In this document: piece after piece, positions 1 through 14,587 of the stretch
Layout of the letters: each line of letters opens with the position of its first letter
Position numbering within the stretch: position 1 is the stretch's first letter
Assembly (NCBI RefSeq): GCF_009914755.1
Contig: NC_060931.1
Source of the DNA: the human T2T-CHM13v2.0 reference genome, Homo sapiens
Length of the DNA stretch: 64,000 nucleotides
Direction: 5' to 3' (one strand)
Notes under the pieces: generated by a model
What the model was told of the DNA's origin: nothing
Databases searched by the model: none
Seen by the model: the letters and a program-made list of their open reading frames with translations, nothing else
Position numbers and translations under genes: made by a program

Positions 1-240
1 GAAAATTTCTATTATAAGTTTTTAGTTACTATCGAACAATGATAAAACGTTACAAGTATGTATACACTTCTCTATATTGACCACCTATAAGCGTAACTGT
101 CAAGGAACGAGCTGCATACTTGTAATTCTTTTTGTTTCTCTATGTTTTGTTTGGCTGAATTACACTTAATTAAAAGTAAATGTATTTTTATTAAGTAAAG
201 TCATAAAGTTATAACATCATTTGTATGTCTTTAGGTGTTT

Positions 241-533
241 ATTTGTTTGTTTGTTTTGAGATGGATTCTCTGTCACCCAGGCTGAAGTGCAGTGGCGTGA
301 TCTCGGATGACTGCAACCTCCATCTCCCGATTTCAAGCGATTCTCCTGTCTCAGCTTCCTGAGTAGCTGGGACTACAGGTGCGTGCCACCACGCCCGCCT
401 AATTTTTGTATTTTTAATAGAGACGGAGTTTCACCATATTGGTCAGGCTTGTCTTGAACTCTTGACCTTGCAATCCGTCTGCCGTGGCCTCCCAAAGTGC
501 TGGGATTACAGGCATGAGCCACCGTGCCTGGCC
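241..533 (-). mobile_element. Alu SINE (AluS-type)
   Basis: Reverse Alu: (TTTG)n tail, GAGATGG..CCCAGGCTGAAGTGCAGTGG ... GAGCCACCGTGCCTGGCC; TSD TGTCTTTAGG at ~226 and ~535. Confidence 0.96.
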
Positions 534-3274
534 CTGTCTTTAGGGTTTTTTATTATTATTATTTTAAAAGAAAATTCTTTTTATTATTCCACTAATTCCT
601 TTGTATTGTATTTTATAAATTATCAGTCCAAAATAGATGGGAAATAAAAGCAAAAATAAAATTAAAAACAATAACAACAACAAAAAAATCCCCAAACAGC
701 TTTACTTTAATATAGATGGTTTGAGAAAATAAGTAAGGCCTTTCTTATCATGGCATGGCATTTAATTTTAGATCTGACATCTGATTTTGTCATTGCACTG
801 TCAACAGAAAAAGTGAAGGGAGAAGGTTCTGAACAGACCCACCCACTAATCTGGCTCACAGTTTCTGGCTGAAACTGACTGTTAACGGCAAACGTTACGG
901 CCTAATATCGAAGCACAAGTTCTACCTCAGGCCGGGTTCCTCAACATTCATCACTGAGAGATTCAGGCAAGAGGGAGATAAGTTCAAGAGGACAGCCATT
1001 CTCCCAGGTACCTCAGTGCTGGCTGAAGGCTCTCAGCCCTCCTGTGGCCATTAACTATCCATGGGACATATGGAATATTTGCACTCTCTGGGCCTTTCTG
1101 TGTTTGTCTGTGCCAATTGTTCTAGTTACTGTCTGCTGAACTGATGTTCGGCATTTGTCAAAGATATAATTTATTCTGGCAAAGGGGGAGATGAGGAACT
1201 GGGGACAAAAAGAATGACAGAGTCCAACCAAGTAAGACAACATAATTTACTCTCAGGAACTAAGAATGTCAGGTGTGATTCCTGCCTTTGGTTTTTCTAA
1301 ATTGCATCTTCTCTGTAAAGAAAATGATTAAAGACCTGTGTTGGATTCTCTTATTCTATAATATTTGCCTTATCCCCCAAATAGTCATACTGGAACCTGT
1401 ATTACTATTGGTTCCAGTATTAGAGACCTAATCTCAAACCTGTTTTCTTAAATTTTCCCTTTGCTCATTTTACTAGGTTATTCAGCCATCTGACATTGTT
1501 GTATTGTTGTTTTAATATTAGTGACAGTGATAAGTAGACTATGCCACATCTAATATATAAAATTAATCTAGTACAAATGCACAGAATGCAAATATCCCTA
1601 GATTATTCTTTGCTTCTGGTGAAGAATCTATACTTCATTTTAATTCGTGCTTTCAAAAATGCTTTTAAGCTTAGTTGTGATTTATTTTATTGTGTTTTTT
1701 TATATACTTCCAGGAGTTGCATCTTCATCTAGTATTTGAAATGATAATTTATAGGGGAAATCATTCAAGATAACATGTTCCAGAAGGAAAATACGCCCTG
1801 CTGTTGTTCCAGCTCCTTAAATCATGTTTTACCTAGTCTAATAAGAAGGCTAATTTGCCTTGGAAAGAGCAAATGTGTTTGCTGCAAAGCAGGTTTTTTA
1901 TTTCCAGGTAAGATAAACGTCAGGCTAAAGAACAGAAGTATAGCATTCCTAGATTTTAATGTCTAAAAAGGGAGATTTGAAGCACTACAAAATGACATTC
2001 CTCTAGAAAATAATATTGATGAGAAGAGAGTAAAGAGTAGTCATTTACTCACCAACTGTTTATTGAAAACCTAGTGTAGGTCAGAAGCTGACCTTGAAGT
2101 TAAGAAGGCAACAATAAATAAAACAAAATTTTGCCCTGGCTTACACTTAACCCAAATAATGATGTCTTTGCCATGAAGAGCTTAGGAGTCATTTACGTCT
2201 TCCACCTCAGTAATTTACATTCTTCCACATCAAGAAAAAATGGTATGTCCTGTTAAACTTCAACCCATCTGGAAACGTAACTGTGATACATTAAGCATCC
2301 TCTATGAGTCAGCTGATTTACTCATTCTGTCTCACTCTCCTTATAACTAACCCCGCCAAGTAGAAACTATTATGTTTCCATTGTAGATCACTATACTCCT
2401 AAAGAAATAAAATGATTTCATCAAATCACATAGCTTGTGACAGAGCTGAGGGTTTCCCTCAGGTGCTGAAGTGATTTTGAAAAAGTCTGTCCTAGAAACA
2501 GTGTTATTTGAAATTTGTGTCTGAAATTTCTGCCACTTAATTGTACCAGAAGATCTAGAAGGTTCAAGGATTTCTGGAAAGTGTTCGTACACTGGCAGCT
2601 CTAGCACTTCTGAAGAAGTCATGTGGTGCAGCTCCTTGTCTAGAACAGATCCACTTAAAGGCTGGAGAGAGAGTGCGTTGAATCCTGGAGAGGTTTTTTT
2701 GTGTGTGTTTTTGTTTTGACAGAAATTTTGCTTTTGATTTATATATGTTAATTTCCTGGTGGGTCTTTTATTTAAGAATACGGATGTTTATTGTTTCCAT
2801 GACATACTGAGTAAATAGAACACAAGATCAGCTTTGATTTCTTATTTAAGACAAGTCTTGTGAAAGTTTGTTCATTTAAACATTTTCTTTTGTTAAAGAA
2901 TTCTTTAATTCCTGTTTGTTTTATATAGTTTAAATATTTGAGATTAGTTTAAACTTCAGATTTACTTAATAAATATCCATTTACTTTGGTACTAAAAAAT
3001 AAATTGAAAACATTGATTTTCTTTCAAATGACATATTTATTCTGAAGATTAAAGTTAAGAGAGTAGAGACCTAGGTTTTTGTCTTAATTTTGTTATCATC
3101 TACCTGTGAGATCTCATCCAAGACATTCATCATTCTGAGAAAATTAAATTTCTAAAACATCATTTTATTGAAATATTATATAACTAATAGCTATAATTTA
3201 TTATAATTTTGAATATTACATAGTAATATAATGCTATATTATGTATTATATAATAATAATAGTAGTAAATACAA

Positions 3275-3594
3275 AAATAACATTTCAGTCAATAATGAAT
3301 TCCATATACAATGGTGTCCCATAAGAAATAATACCATATTTTTAATGTACTTTACATGTTTGGATGCGCAAATACTTAACATGGGTATTATGATTGCCTA
3401 CAGTATTCAGTACAATAACATGCTGAACAGGTTTGTAGCCTAGAAGCAGTAGGCTATACCGCATAGCTGAAATGTACAGTAGACTATCTCAACTATGTTT
3501 GTGTCAGTATACGCTATGATGTTCATGCAATGATGAAATAATTTAATGATGTATTTCTCAGAATTTGTCCTCATAGTTAAGTGGCACATGACTG
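3275..3594 (+). mobile_element. Tigger3a/MER7A-like non-autonomous DNA transposon (TcMar-Tigger)
   Basis: TTGCCTACAGTATTCAGTACAATAACATGCTGAACAGGTTTGTAGCCTAG core; ends in TIR ...TTAAGTGGCACATGACTG followed by TA; left TIR eroded. Confidence 0.85.
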
Positions 3595-4152
3595 TAGTAT
3601 TATTACTAGCAAATAGTAAAATAGTACATAGCAAAATTTAATAACCACTGAAACAAACAAAAACTTTTGCATTATTACAGAGCAACGTGTGATTGATTCA
3701 ATAGTAAGTAATGCTTATTACAGTCATAATATAGAGAAAAAGTATGTAAAATAAATGAAAAAGAAAGATGTAAAATATGCCTTTTTTGGTCTGTATATTA
3801 AACTTCAAGATGTGTGGAAAGTAGTTAAATAATTATGCAAAATGAAGAATCATTTTAATAAACTGCTACTGTGAGAATGTGTAAGATTTTTATGTAGAGC
3901 TTCTCTGATACCAATGACCTGAGATCTGACCAGATAGTCCAGAATTAAGTGGTAATAAAGGCTGTGGCATGTGTATTTTTCATCGATGTTAACACAATGA
4001 GGCTGAAGAACTGTTCATCCATGAGAAACAAACTTCAAAATTTTCCCAGTAGGCATGACTTATGCAGTGTCAACTTCATAATGTGCAGCCCTCCTAAATT
4101 TTAAAAATGTCATTTTAGCTACTCAGAAAGCGTCCATTAAAAGCAGAGTTAG

Positions 4153-4516
<364 letters not shown>

Positions 4517-4707
4517 TTAAAGCTTCCTCTGTCCTACTGTGTTTTTCCTCCAAGTTGTTCTTCTTTGTGTATTCACCAATCTCATAAAGAGAAACTACGT
4601 ACATACAACAGACATGTGTGTGCACAGTCATCTGTATATGAATGCACTTTGTGAATAAGGATGTATCACCAATCAGAAACTAATGAATGGCGATTTTTCT
4701 TTAACAC

Positions 4708-5003
<296 letters not shown>

Positions 5004-5139
5004 TTAACATTTTTGTTTTTGAGTTCTCATGTGATAAAAGATTTTAAATGGGTTAGTTTGACAATTTGTATGATACTGAAGAAATTGTGATGAGGAAAAT
5101 GAGAGAAAAGGGAACCCATAATCAATGGACATCTCTTTA

Positions 5140-5280
5140 TGTTCCAGGTATTTTGCAAAGTACTTTATAATCAGTTATTGGAATTGTTTCATGTGGTTAT
5201 TATTAATATTCATATATTAGGGATGAGAAAACAATGCTCAGAGAAGTCACATAACTTGTGTAAGGTAATCCACAAGTGAC
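5140..5280 (-). mobile_element. MIR fragment
   Basis: GATGAGAAAACAATGCTCAGAGAAGTCACATAACTTG resembles the reverse MIR core. Confidence 0.65.
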
Positions 5281-7294
5281 TACTTTTGCAAGATTTAAAA
5301 ATATTTCTGATAAATTCCTCAAGTTTTTATTATGTATCCTCACAAAGCCTCAATACATCATGGAGCTTCAAAGCAATTTTCATCGTTTGTTGCTGTCTTC
5401 CATTATTTAATTATATTTAACTATTAATATACACTAGAAAGACTACTATATAACCATATGTATCATCTAGAAATGAGTCCACCTGCAAAGACAAAACAAA
5501 CAACAAGGCAAAACAAAACAAGCTAACCTTACAAACAAAGACGAAACACAAAGTTTGATAATGCCCCGCTGTCATAAATAGCAAGATGTCAGGATGCTAA
5601 ACCAGTAGCAATCAGAATTGGTGCTCTACCTGTTTGACAGTCCACTACCGCTCACTCATTCTCTTCTTTTGCTGCTGTACGGAGACTTGAATTTTCAGGT
5701 CTTTTGGTAAGTCATCAGCAATCACTTTTCTACAGATGAACAAAAGTGCTGATTTGAAAGATATTCTAGATATTCAGTCTAGAAAGACTTGGATAAGAGA
5801 CTTTTCTCTCTTTTTTAGTGGAGACAATTACATTTTGATTAACTGTATTTAGAACAATTAGATCTCATGTATCAACATATTCAAATAGTAAGATCTTTAA
5901 AATAAGATCATGCAAGTAGATAGGATCTTTCCAGCTTGCAGAAATCATGAATATCAGCCAGACTGGATACACATTTAATAAAATATATTATTTGAGGTTT
6001 AAATCCCATGTCTGGTATTTTACTTGCTTCACTGAAAACCAAGCTGGTTAAGCTTTTGACGTTAACACAGCCACTTGCAAATCATTATTTCTTCTAGGTT
6101 TTGCAATAACTATATTCCACCTTTGTTTTTTGTTGTATCTTTACCCTCAAATATATGCACAAATAAATTTAAGACCTTTATAAGAATACTTATAATATTT
6201 AGCTTCCATGTGACTATCTAATTATCTAGTAGCTGTAAGGAACAGCATGTAAGATCTATTTCTCTCTTCTTCCCATAGCTATTAGTTGACAGTCTAGTGA
6301 ATGAATACAGATATTTGGTAAGACGTTGTCTTCTCTCTTCAAGTTTGGGCATGCCTTTAGTATCTAGTCCTTGAACCTTTGGATATGCATTCACTGAAAT
6401 GGTGTCGGTTGCGAAAGCCAGCCTTCACTATATTACGCTCAAGATAAGATTAAATGGCACCTTTAAACTGGCAAGAGGGATTGGGGACAGGACATGTTCA
6501 CCATCTTCCAAGTCATCATGCATACTACAATTTTCTTGCCTCTGATTGCATACTTGCACTTGTGACATGGAACTTGTTCCTACAGAATTTTTGTAGAAGT
6601 CACTTTTCTTTCCAATTTCATAATCTCTTCTGGAATATTGTCCCAATCTATTAATGCTTGATCTAAAGGTGACAATTTTATGTCAATGTTGTTCTTGGTT
6701 TTTATATTTCCTACAAAACGAGGCTGGCATACAATAGTATTCACCCTGAATTCTGGAATATTTTTTTCTTTTTGTTTCTTAGCCAGCATTGCTTTTGCTT
6801 TCATCTGATTGCACCATTGCTGAAAAGTTTAATTTCTCTTTCAGGATCTGCTTTTGTCATTTGAAACTTGATGTTTATTTACCTTGACTGTCTCCTATTT
6901 CTGACCATCATGGCGGCTTATAGAGCTCACCATGTTTTTCTACAGCATAAAGAAGATGGAAGGTCTACAGAGGTCCCCTACCGAGGCATTTGCAGGGCTC
7001 TGCAAGCATCCTTTGGCCAGGACACTGTCAAGGTGGCAGTGAGGAATCTCACTCAGACATGGTCTGAGGACATCCTGCTCATCTGGCTGTTTCCTGGCCC
7101 AGCTCCATTCCACAACAATACCATCCTAGGATTTGTTTCGTGGCAAAAAGATTGCATGGGGGATATATATGAATGTGTTAATTTATTCTGCTTATGAAAC
7201 ATACAGAACTGCATTTTGTAAGTTTGGGGCTAACACCATTTTCCTCCTCCTCATATGTCAGCAGATACATCTTTATTTTTAATAAGGCAAGAGG

Positions 7295-7600
7295 GGCAGG
7301 TGCAGTGGCTCATGCCTTTAATCCCAGCACTTTGAGAGGCCGAGGCAGGCGGATCATGAGGTCAGGAATTTGAGATCAGCCTGGCCAACTTAGTGAAACC
7401 CCGTCTCTGCTAAAAATACAAAAAAAAATTACCTGGACATGGTGGCGGGCACCTGTAATCCCAGCTATTCAGGAAGTTGAAGCAAGGAGAATAGCTTGAA
7501 CCTGGGAGGCGGAGGTCGCATTGAGCCATGATCATGCCACTGCACTCCAGCCTGGGCGACGGTATGGGACTCCTTCTCAAAAAAAAAAAAGAAAAAAGGA
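7295..7600 (+). mobile_element. Alu SINE (AluS-type)
   Basis: GGCAGGTGCAGTGGCTCATGCC..., A-linker, A tail; short TSD AAGAGG. Confidence 0.96.
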
Positions 7601-7783
7601 AGAAAAGAGGAATGGCACCAAATCACAATAGGCTTGAGAAGGATCAAGAATTGTGGGAAATTCTTGATTGTGAGATGCAAATAGTCTCACCTAAACACAA
7701 GAAGATCTGTTATCACCTATGCAAACCCTCGCAGGCAGTAAAATGCGCCTGTAGCAGCAAGGAATTCCAGATTTTATCATGTT

Positions 7784-7825
7784 TTCACAATTAAGGACAG
7801 TTACTTCACAATTAAGGACAGTTAC
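7784..7825. repeat. Perfect 21-bp tandem duplication TTCACAATTAAGGACAGTTAC x2
   Basis: 7784-7804 identical to 7805-7825. Confidence 0.95.
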
Positions 7826-10276
7826 AGCTGAGTGCACAGTATGTGGGCATGAGCCAGATAAAAGTATGTCATTAAGTGTTCTAGTTAGATTGGGTACTTG
7901 CCTGTTTGAATAATTTATGAATTTCTTAAGAGAGCTAGTTGTGGACAGATATTTTACTTCATGCTTCATTTTCTAATGCTTTTCTCTGTATTGTGAGACT
8001 GAGTGCCTTCTGCCTATATAAAAAGTTTTAGCAGAGCAATTAGAAGTATCATTTTGCAATGGGTGATGAAGACCAGACAGTAACAGTTGCAGTTTTCAGG
8101 GTTGCTTGTAAGAGGGGAGACTATTTACATGCTACATACACTGACTAATAAGCTGGGAATTTATCTAGGCACCTGTATTGCCCCAATTAAACGTGTGAAT
8201 CAGTTTACTTTCACATGAAGTGAGTAAGAAAAAGCCCATTTTATTTTCACCCTGCAATTGAGTCTTTTGAGAAAAACTTAGCAGAATCCTCTAATTTGAT
8301 TTATTATGTTCAGATATGTATTTAGCTATATTAAAAATACTCTGATACACAATTTATAATATTTGTTTCTTTTTTGGTACGGGGTTGTTCTGTAGGAGAG
8401 TGCAATTAACATAATTGTATTAGAAATTGTGGCTACTGAAAACCAAAATGAAGAGTTGCCTGCGTTACGCTTCTCTGCCTAGCTGCCCGTCAATGGGAAC
8501 AGCCTCCTATTGTCTTGGTAACATGATAATTATTGGAGTGGCTTGGTCATGAGGTGATACCCTCTCTATCACCTCCTGTCCCAGTGACTCAGTTGGGTCA
8601 GCGTGTGTAGCCGACATCAGTGGGACCAGAGACCTTTTCTTGCTTTAATTTTTATTTGTTTGTTTTAGAGCTTTGTGTCATTGTAATTAGAAATCCTGAA
8701 AGTCAAAGTTGGCTCTCTGCAAGCGATAGACAAGAGGAGAGGAAAATTTTGGGAGCTGTTGGCCCTTGAGCCCCTGATATGGGCAGTGCAGGTTGGAGGC
8801 TGAGCATGAAGCCAGGCGCTGGGAGCCAGGAGGCCCAGAGTGCTAGGCACTGAGGCACACGGCACCCACACAGGCACTGGGACCACAGCAGGTCTCCCCA
8901 CAGCTCAGCTGTTGACCGTTCTCTGGATAGTAAATGCGGGAGACTTATAAAAACAGGAACATAGCAAAAGGTCAGAGTGTTTCCTCTCCTTTGAACTATA
9001 CCTGCTTAAGGAAATATGAATTACTAGAAGACAAGAATAAACAGAGGGGCAACAGAAAGGGAAAAATCATGACAGAGAATGAAAGAAACTAAGCATGATG
9101 TCTCTGGGCAAAGAATGTGCAGCACCTGCAGCGGCAGCCCCAGCAATACCAGGGAAGTACCACCGCAGGGCTTCTCCGGGGGTGACGGTTCTGGTGTCGT
9201 TCAGGCAGGAGGTGGGGAGAAGAGGCCCAGCTGGGTGAAGGCCCAGCCATGCCTTGCCCCTACTTAATACTGAACTCAATGTTTCTGTCCCAGAATCAGC
9301 CCTCAAAATGCCACGTCTTCACAGCAGTGGGGGAACTTGGGAGAGCAATGCCCTAAAGCTTAGGGAATCACTGGACTGGAAGCTATACAGGCCTTCACAT
9401 TAGGTGGGGAGGATGGTCTGGAACTGCTGATGCAGGCTGTGGGCCATGTAGGTAACAGCATTAAGGCTTTAAGAAGCTTAGTTTGAGATGCCAGGACTTC
9501 TTCCTAACTTGGACGGGGATTTGGGGAGGCTTGAGATCCACAGGTCACACTAAAGAGAGCTAGATGGAATGTGTGTCCATTGTGCCCATTGTTAATTGTA
9601 ATGTGTTGACTTGTTTGTCCATTTTGGTTGGTAAATCCTATGACTAAGAATTTTATCTTAGATTTTATCTAAGATTTTTATTTTCCTTGGCCTAAGATTG
9701 CCTTTTATTGTATATTTTTTTCTGGTTTCTACTGAAGAACTCTCTTAAAATGAACTTTAATTAAAAAAAAAAAGAAACCACAAACATCAGCTGTTATCTG
9801 AATGTGTTATAGATCAAATTGCAATTTCTATTGAGGAGACAGAGTTAAGTGAAAGGGTAATTAACTTCAGCATATTCATGATGTTGTAAAAAAGGGAAAT
9901 CTGTGAAGTAGGAGAAAATTGATTTTAGCAGACTACACACATCCTGGTGTTCCTGATCTCTGTTTTCCTCAAAAAAGTCTGGGAATGGATTCAGCATCCT
10001 TGTTCAATTCCATTGCTTCTTGGGGAAGATTCTATTCAATGACTTTTCAACACCGGTCTTTCCTTTCGGACTCCTGGGACACATAAGGTACTTAGCTGTC
10101 ATGACATCAGGTTAAGGTTGAGGCTTGGGATGAGGGATGGGGTTTATTGCAACAGCAGGACCCTTTACATCACTGAAGAACTATAGAGAATATTTAAAAA
10201 TCCTTTGCCCCATGAGGATGTTCATCTTTCAGAGATGGTCAGAGTAAAGCATAAGCTCTTGACCTGTCACTCCCAC

Positions 10277-10326
10277 ATCTCTTCCCTTCACCTCTCTTCC
10301 CTTCACCTCTCTTCCCTTCACCTCTC
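10277..10326. repeat. 15-bp pyrimidine-rich tandem repeat (TCTCTTCCCTTCACC) about x3
   Basis: Directly visible tandem units. Confidence 0.9.
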
Positions 10327-11635
10327 ATCAAAGAATGAATTGGGGACTAAGTGAAATTCTAGGTCTGCTCCAGTTCCTATCTAGAATCAGCATCATATTA
10401 TCAGCTTTATCCCACCTTGGATTTTAAATAAAAAATTTGGGGAATCCAGTAGCACTATGGTGCCACTGCTTCATTATTCAAGGCTTTGACCCCTCAACCA
10501 TACCGGGTATTCCAATAGATAGAAAGTTACAATGCTTTTGCAAGGGTACCCATGTCCACTGGACTTGAACACATAATTGTTACTCACTTCCTTCCCTAAT
10601 ATCAGAGATTGAATATGAATTCTAATTAATTGGCTAAAGCAAACGTAATATATGTATTAATTCAGCCAATAAACAACTATTGTCATTTTATGGCCTTGGC
10701 ATTATGCTAGTTGATGGGGGAAATCTAATCTAGGCTTTTATTTTCAGAAGCTTAATCCTGAACCAAAAGCTCCAATCAAATGGAAAATATACTGAGTCCA
10801 GTAGAGATATTGCAAGACATCATAATGTAATAAAAAGTTAGAAAGTTCATTCTTTATTTCACTCGTTAAGACTTTAATACTTTGATGGTAAGTTTTTACC
10901 TGGTGGTGTGTTGCCTAATTTCCCACTGATCTGTCCTACTATGCCAATCTGATCCATATAAAGAAGTATTTAATGACTGACTTTAATAGAACACAAAATC
11001 CCTGGTATGCCAAATATCTTTGATTTGTTCCTCTCAAAAGGACCGAAGGCTGCACAAAGATGTGAGCCTTGCCTTATACTTCTCCTCTACCATCCATTTC
11101 ACTTAGCATAATGTTGAGTATATTGCAGATGTTCAGTAAAAATATGCTTAAGAATTTATTGATAGGGAAATGTCCTTAGATTTCTGATATTGATACTTAA
11201 CTCAAACTTGACAATGAGTCTTTCTCACTGTGGAAAAAATACAATCATATCCAATGAGATTGCTGGGTTTTTTCTTACTCTAATAATTTATTACTAAGTT
11301 CCAATCAAGCTGTTTTAACATAAAGGTCTGTTTGGGGTTAAAAATAATTTTGGAATGTGGTTTCATACTGCTCATTACAGAGTACTTCTTACAGTGATAT
11401 TATTTGGCTTTGAAAATCTCCGTAAGTACTTCCTACTTCCAGTGAGTTGTTACAGAAAAAAAAATCCAGTAAGCACATTTCAAGCAATATATTCTCTCCT
11501 TTGCTCCTGCCAAACCTCCTGTAAATAGAAGTCTCAGAATATTTCTGCCTATTTCCTGTGCCCGTGCCTTCCACTAGCAAAATTCTATTGAAAGAGTAGA
11601 TTAAACTATTTTTCTTCAGTGTTGGCATTTGAGGT

Positions 11636-11650
11636 TGAGTCAGCATAATT
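11636..11650 (+). promoter_or_regulatory. AP-1/CNC-sMAF (ARE/MARE)-type motif TGAGTCAGCATAATT
   Basis: Matches TGA(G/C)TCAGCA with AT-rich flank; second AP-1 site ATGACTCAC at 12060-12068; function unproven. Confidence 0.35.
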
Positions 11651-13388
11651 ATTCTGAATTTCCCCCCAAATAACTTTCCCTTTTAAAAACAAGCTCAAAG
11701 CATTTAATCTCTTCTAGTCAATGTGAACGATATCCTGTACACTGGCATGCTAATCTGCTCCAGGGCCAGAGTGGGAGCATCCTGGCACAGCTTTGACCTC
11801 CGCTGGAGTCAGCCCTCTGTGACCAGGAGGATTTGCACTACAGACTTCCTCTGAAGTCTTTTCCTGTGTGTAGATGTGGACAATAGCTGATGTCACTGCA
11901 CTCATAAAAGACCCTGGCAATATCGGCAAGGCTGGTGTCAGGCCATTGGCCCTGTCCTCCATGGAGATTCCTTGGCCAGTAAGGAAAAGTCTATGCTTTT
12001 TCTTTGTGCTCTGGTTTCACGAGCAAGAATCAAACTCACGGATTCCCATTGCCCTTTATATGACTCACCCCAGAATAAGTCTCACCTAATGGTTTAGTAA
12101 AAACAAGACCATTTCACCCACACATCTCTGAACAGAGCAGACCTACTTCCATGAAGTACTAGCCTATTATTTCACATTCATCCGCTGAAAGTTAAATTTT
12201 ATATCCCACCTTCTCAATCATTCTTCTGTAAAACTCCTCAGTGAGAAAGTGAAGAAAAAAAAGATTTAAACTGCAAATAACCCTGCTATTTTCAATTGTA
12301 ATCCACACAGGAACCTAACTAGATAATGTTTTCTCCATTTTAACTGATGAGAAAAATAAGATTCAAAGTGATAAATTATCTTTAACAGAAGTTAGTTAAT
12401 GATTTGTGTAATTTAGATAAAAACTATATATTGTCTTTTGTGAAAGCTTGGAATCTCTTCTACACTCCTCTTCCTAGACGGGATAGCACATGATTTGTGG
12501 AGCAGCAGACTGGAAGAGAAGAAGGAGAATGAGGAAGAGCCATAGATAGGGATGACTTTAGAAAAGAAATGGCCAAATTCTACTTTATTCATTTTTTTCA
12601 AAATAGTTTGAATTCGTGACATGAAGCTGTGTTATTTTCAGAAAAAAATGGTACGACATTTTCATATAATGGAAAAGGCAAATAAAAATGTTTGGCCACA
12701 AAGATAACAGTAAAATTTTGAAATAATTGTTTGTGGGGTAGAAATTTACAATCACTAAAAACAAACAAAACTAACAAAAACCACAAATAGAACATATAGG
12801 AGAAAAAGGAACTAGGATGAATGAAAACTCAAATAATCAAATAATTAAAAAGTGTCAGTTTTAAGTTATAATAAAAATTTAAGTGAGATAAAGTATAATC
12901 AAAATATAGGAGTGAGAGAAAAAGACACCACCACCAATATTAGCAAAATATTAATGGGGACTAGAAAGCCAAAATTTATTTAACACCAAAAAGCAGTAAG
13001 TTGAAAGCAAATATATTAATCAGTAAAATTATTTGGTGGTAGTTTTAGCTGTTATCATGGAAATAAATAAAATGATTGACTTTGTCTGATCTGTTTTATT
13101 CCTTTTATAATTTCTTCTTCCTCATAACACAATAAAATAATGCAGAAAAAGGGTTACAGGATGTTTCCTACAGGAGAAATACTTCTTTTCTAACATGGTC
13201 TAAGGTACGGTGGGGCATTTTGAGTGGAATGAACTTAGGCAATTGAATCAAATCTTAGGGAAAATTATTCTCTTTCTTTTGAAGGACTTTGATTTCATCT
13301 TTGCTTGCCTCTTCTCTCCATAAAAAAGATATTCTCTGAATTTAGGGTAAAGAAATCAGAATTCCATGGGGCCGTAGTGCTGAAAGTC

Positions 13389-13393
<5 letters not shown>

Positions 13394-13443
<50 letters not shown>
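13394..13443. repeat. (TG)25 microsatellite
   Basis: Uninterrupted TG run of 50 bp. Confidence 0.98.
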
Positions 13444-13448
<5 letters not shown>

Positions 13449-13469
13449 ATGTCTGACGTTTCAGCCTAT

Positions 13470-13941
13470 GTCCTTTATTGTGTGGCACGTTCTTGGTTTA
13501 CTCCTTCAGAGACGCACTTGGCATTGTGGGCTATAGGCTGATACTTAGGGGCTGCATCATATAAGGTTCCTTGGCCTCCAGTTAAGCATCTACAGGAGAC
13601 TGGAGGAGGAGGAAAGAGAGTTTGGAGTATTTATTTCACCAGCAACCTCCCTGCCAGTAGGAAACTTAGCAATGTCTTCTCACTTCTACAAAAAGCCACA
13701 GCTCTTGAAAGGTAGTTACTGTTTACAGCTGGAACTCTTGCTTCATTCTACTAATGACCTGTTGCCTTTGCCCTTCAGCCATGAGGCACGAAGATTTCTT
13801 TTGCAGCTTGTCTATGGATATTTCATCATTTCTTATTGGTTTCCCATGACCTTATCCTTACCTTGGTAAAGATTTCCTTCATTGAAGCCCTCCCTGACAT
13901 CTATTGAGTGTGACTTATCTTTCCTACCAGAACCTTGATAC
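13470..13941 (+). mobile_element. LTR33-like ERVL solo LTR (ancient)
   Basis: GGAGTATTTATT..., CCTTTGCCCTTCAGCC, 3' end ...CTTCATTGAAGCCCT...TTGAGTGTGACTTATCTTTCCTACCAGAACCTTGATAC resembles LTR33. Confidence 0.7.
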
Positions 13942-14059
13942 CCTTAGTAATGAGTTGAATTATCATTCTTTTATTAGTTAATTCATTGGTGTAACACACA
14001 ATTGTCAGTGAAAGACTATATTGCAGACTCTTTACTAGAAAATAAAAATAAGAAGAGTA

Positions 14060-14172
14060 CAAATAACAATAGCTAACATTTATTAAGCATATTCCATGTG
14101 TCAGATACTTCTCTAAGCATATAATAATATATAACTTAATAAATTATGTCTGTAACCCTATGTGGTATGTCT
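14060..14172 (-). mobile_element. MIR fragment
   Basis: AATAGCTAACATTTATTAAGCAT...GTGTCAGATACT = reverse MIR 3' end. Confidence 0.65.

Positions 14173-14587
<415 letters not shown>

Noticed and set aside
6428-6804. Minus-strand ORFs with PLDQALIDWDNIPEEI, reminiscent of pogo/Tc1 transposase motifs
   Set aside because: The motif-like pieces are adjacent rather than properly spaced, and there are no TIRs or further homology; a translated profile search would be needed.
6868-7197. 109-aa ORF with a possible acceptor (TTTTTCTACAG at ~6936-6946)
   Set aside because: Non-ATG start, no recognisable protein family and no partner exons; cannot support a CDS.
9079-9267. 62-aa ORF in the GC-rich block
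   Set aside because: No homology recognised; length is expected by chance at this GC content.
10277-10326. Short regular repeats as a CRISPR-like array
   Set aside because: Head-to-tail units with no spacers, in primate DNA; no cas genes.
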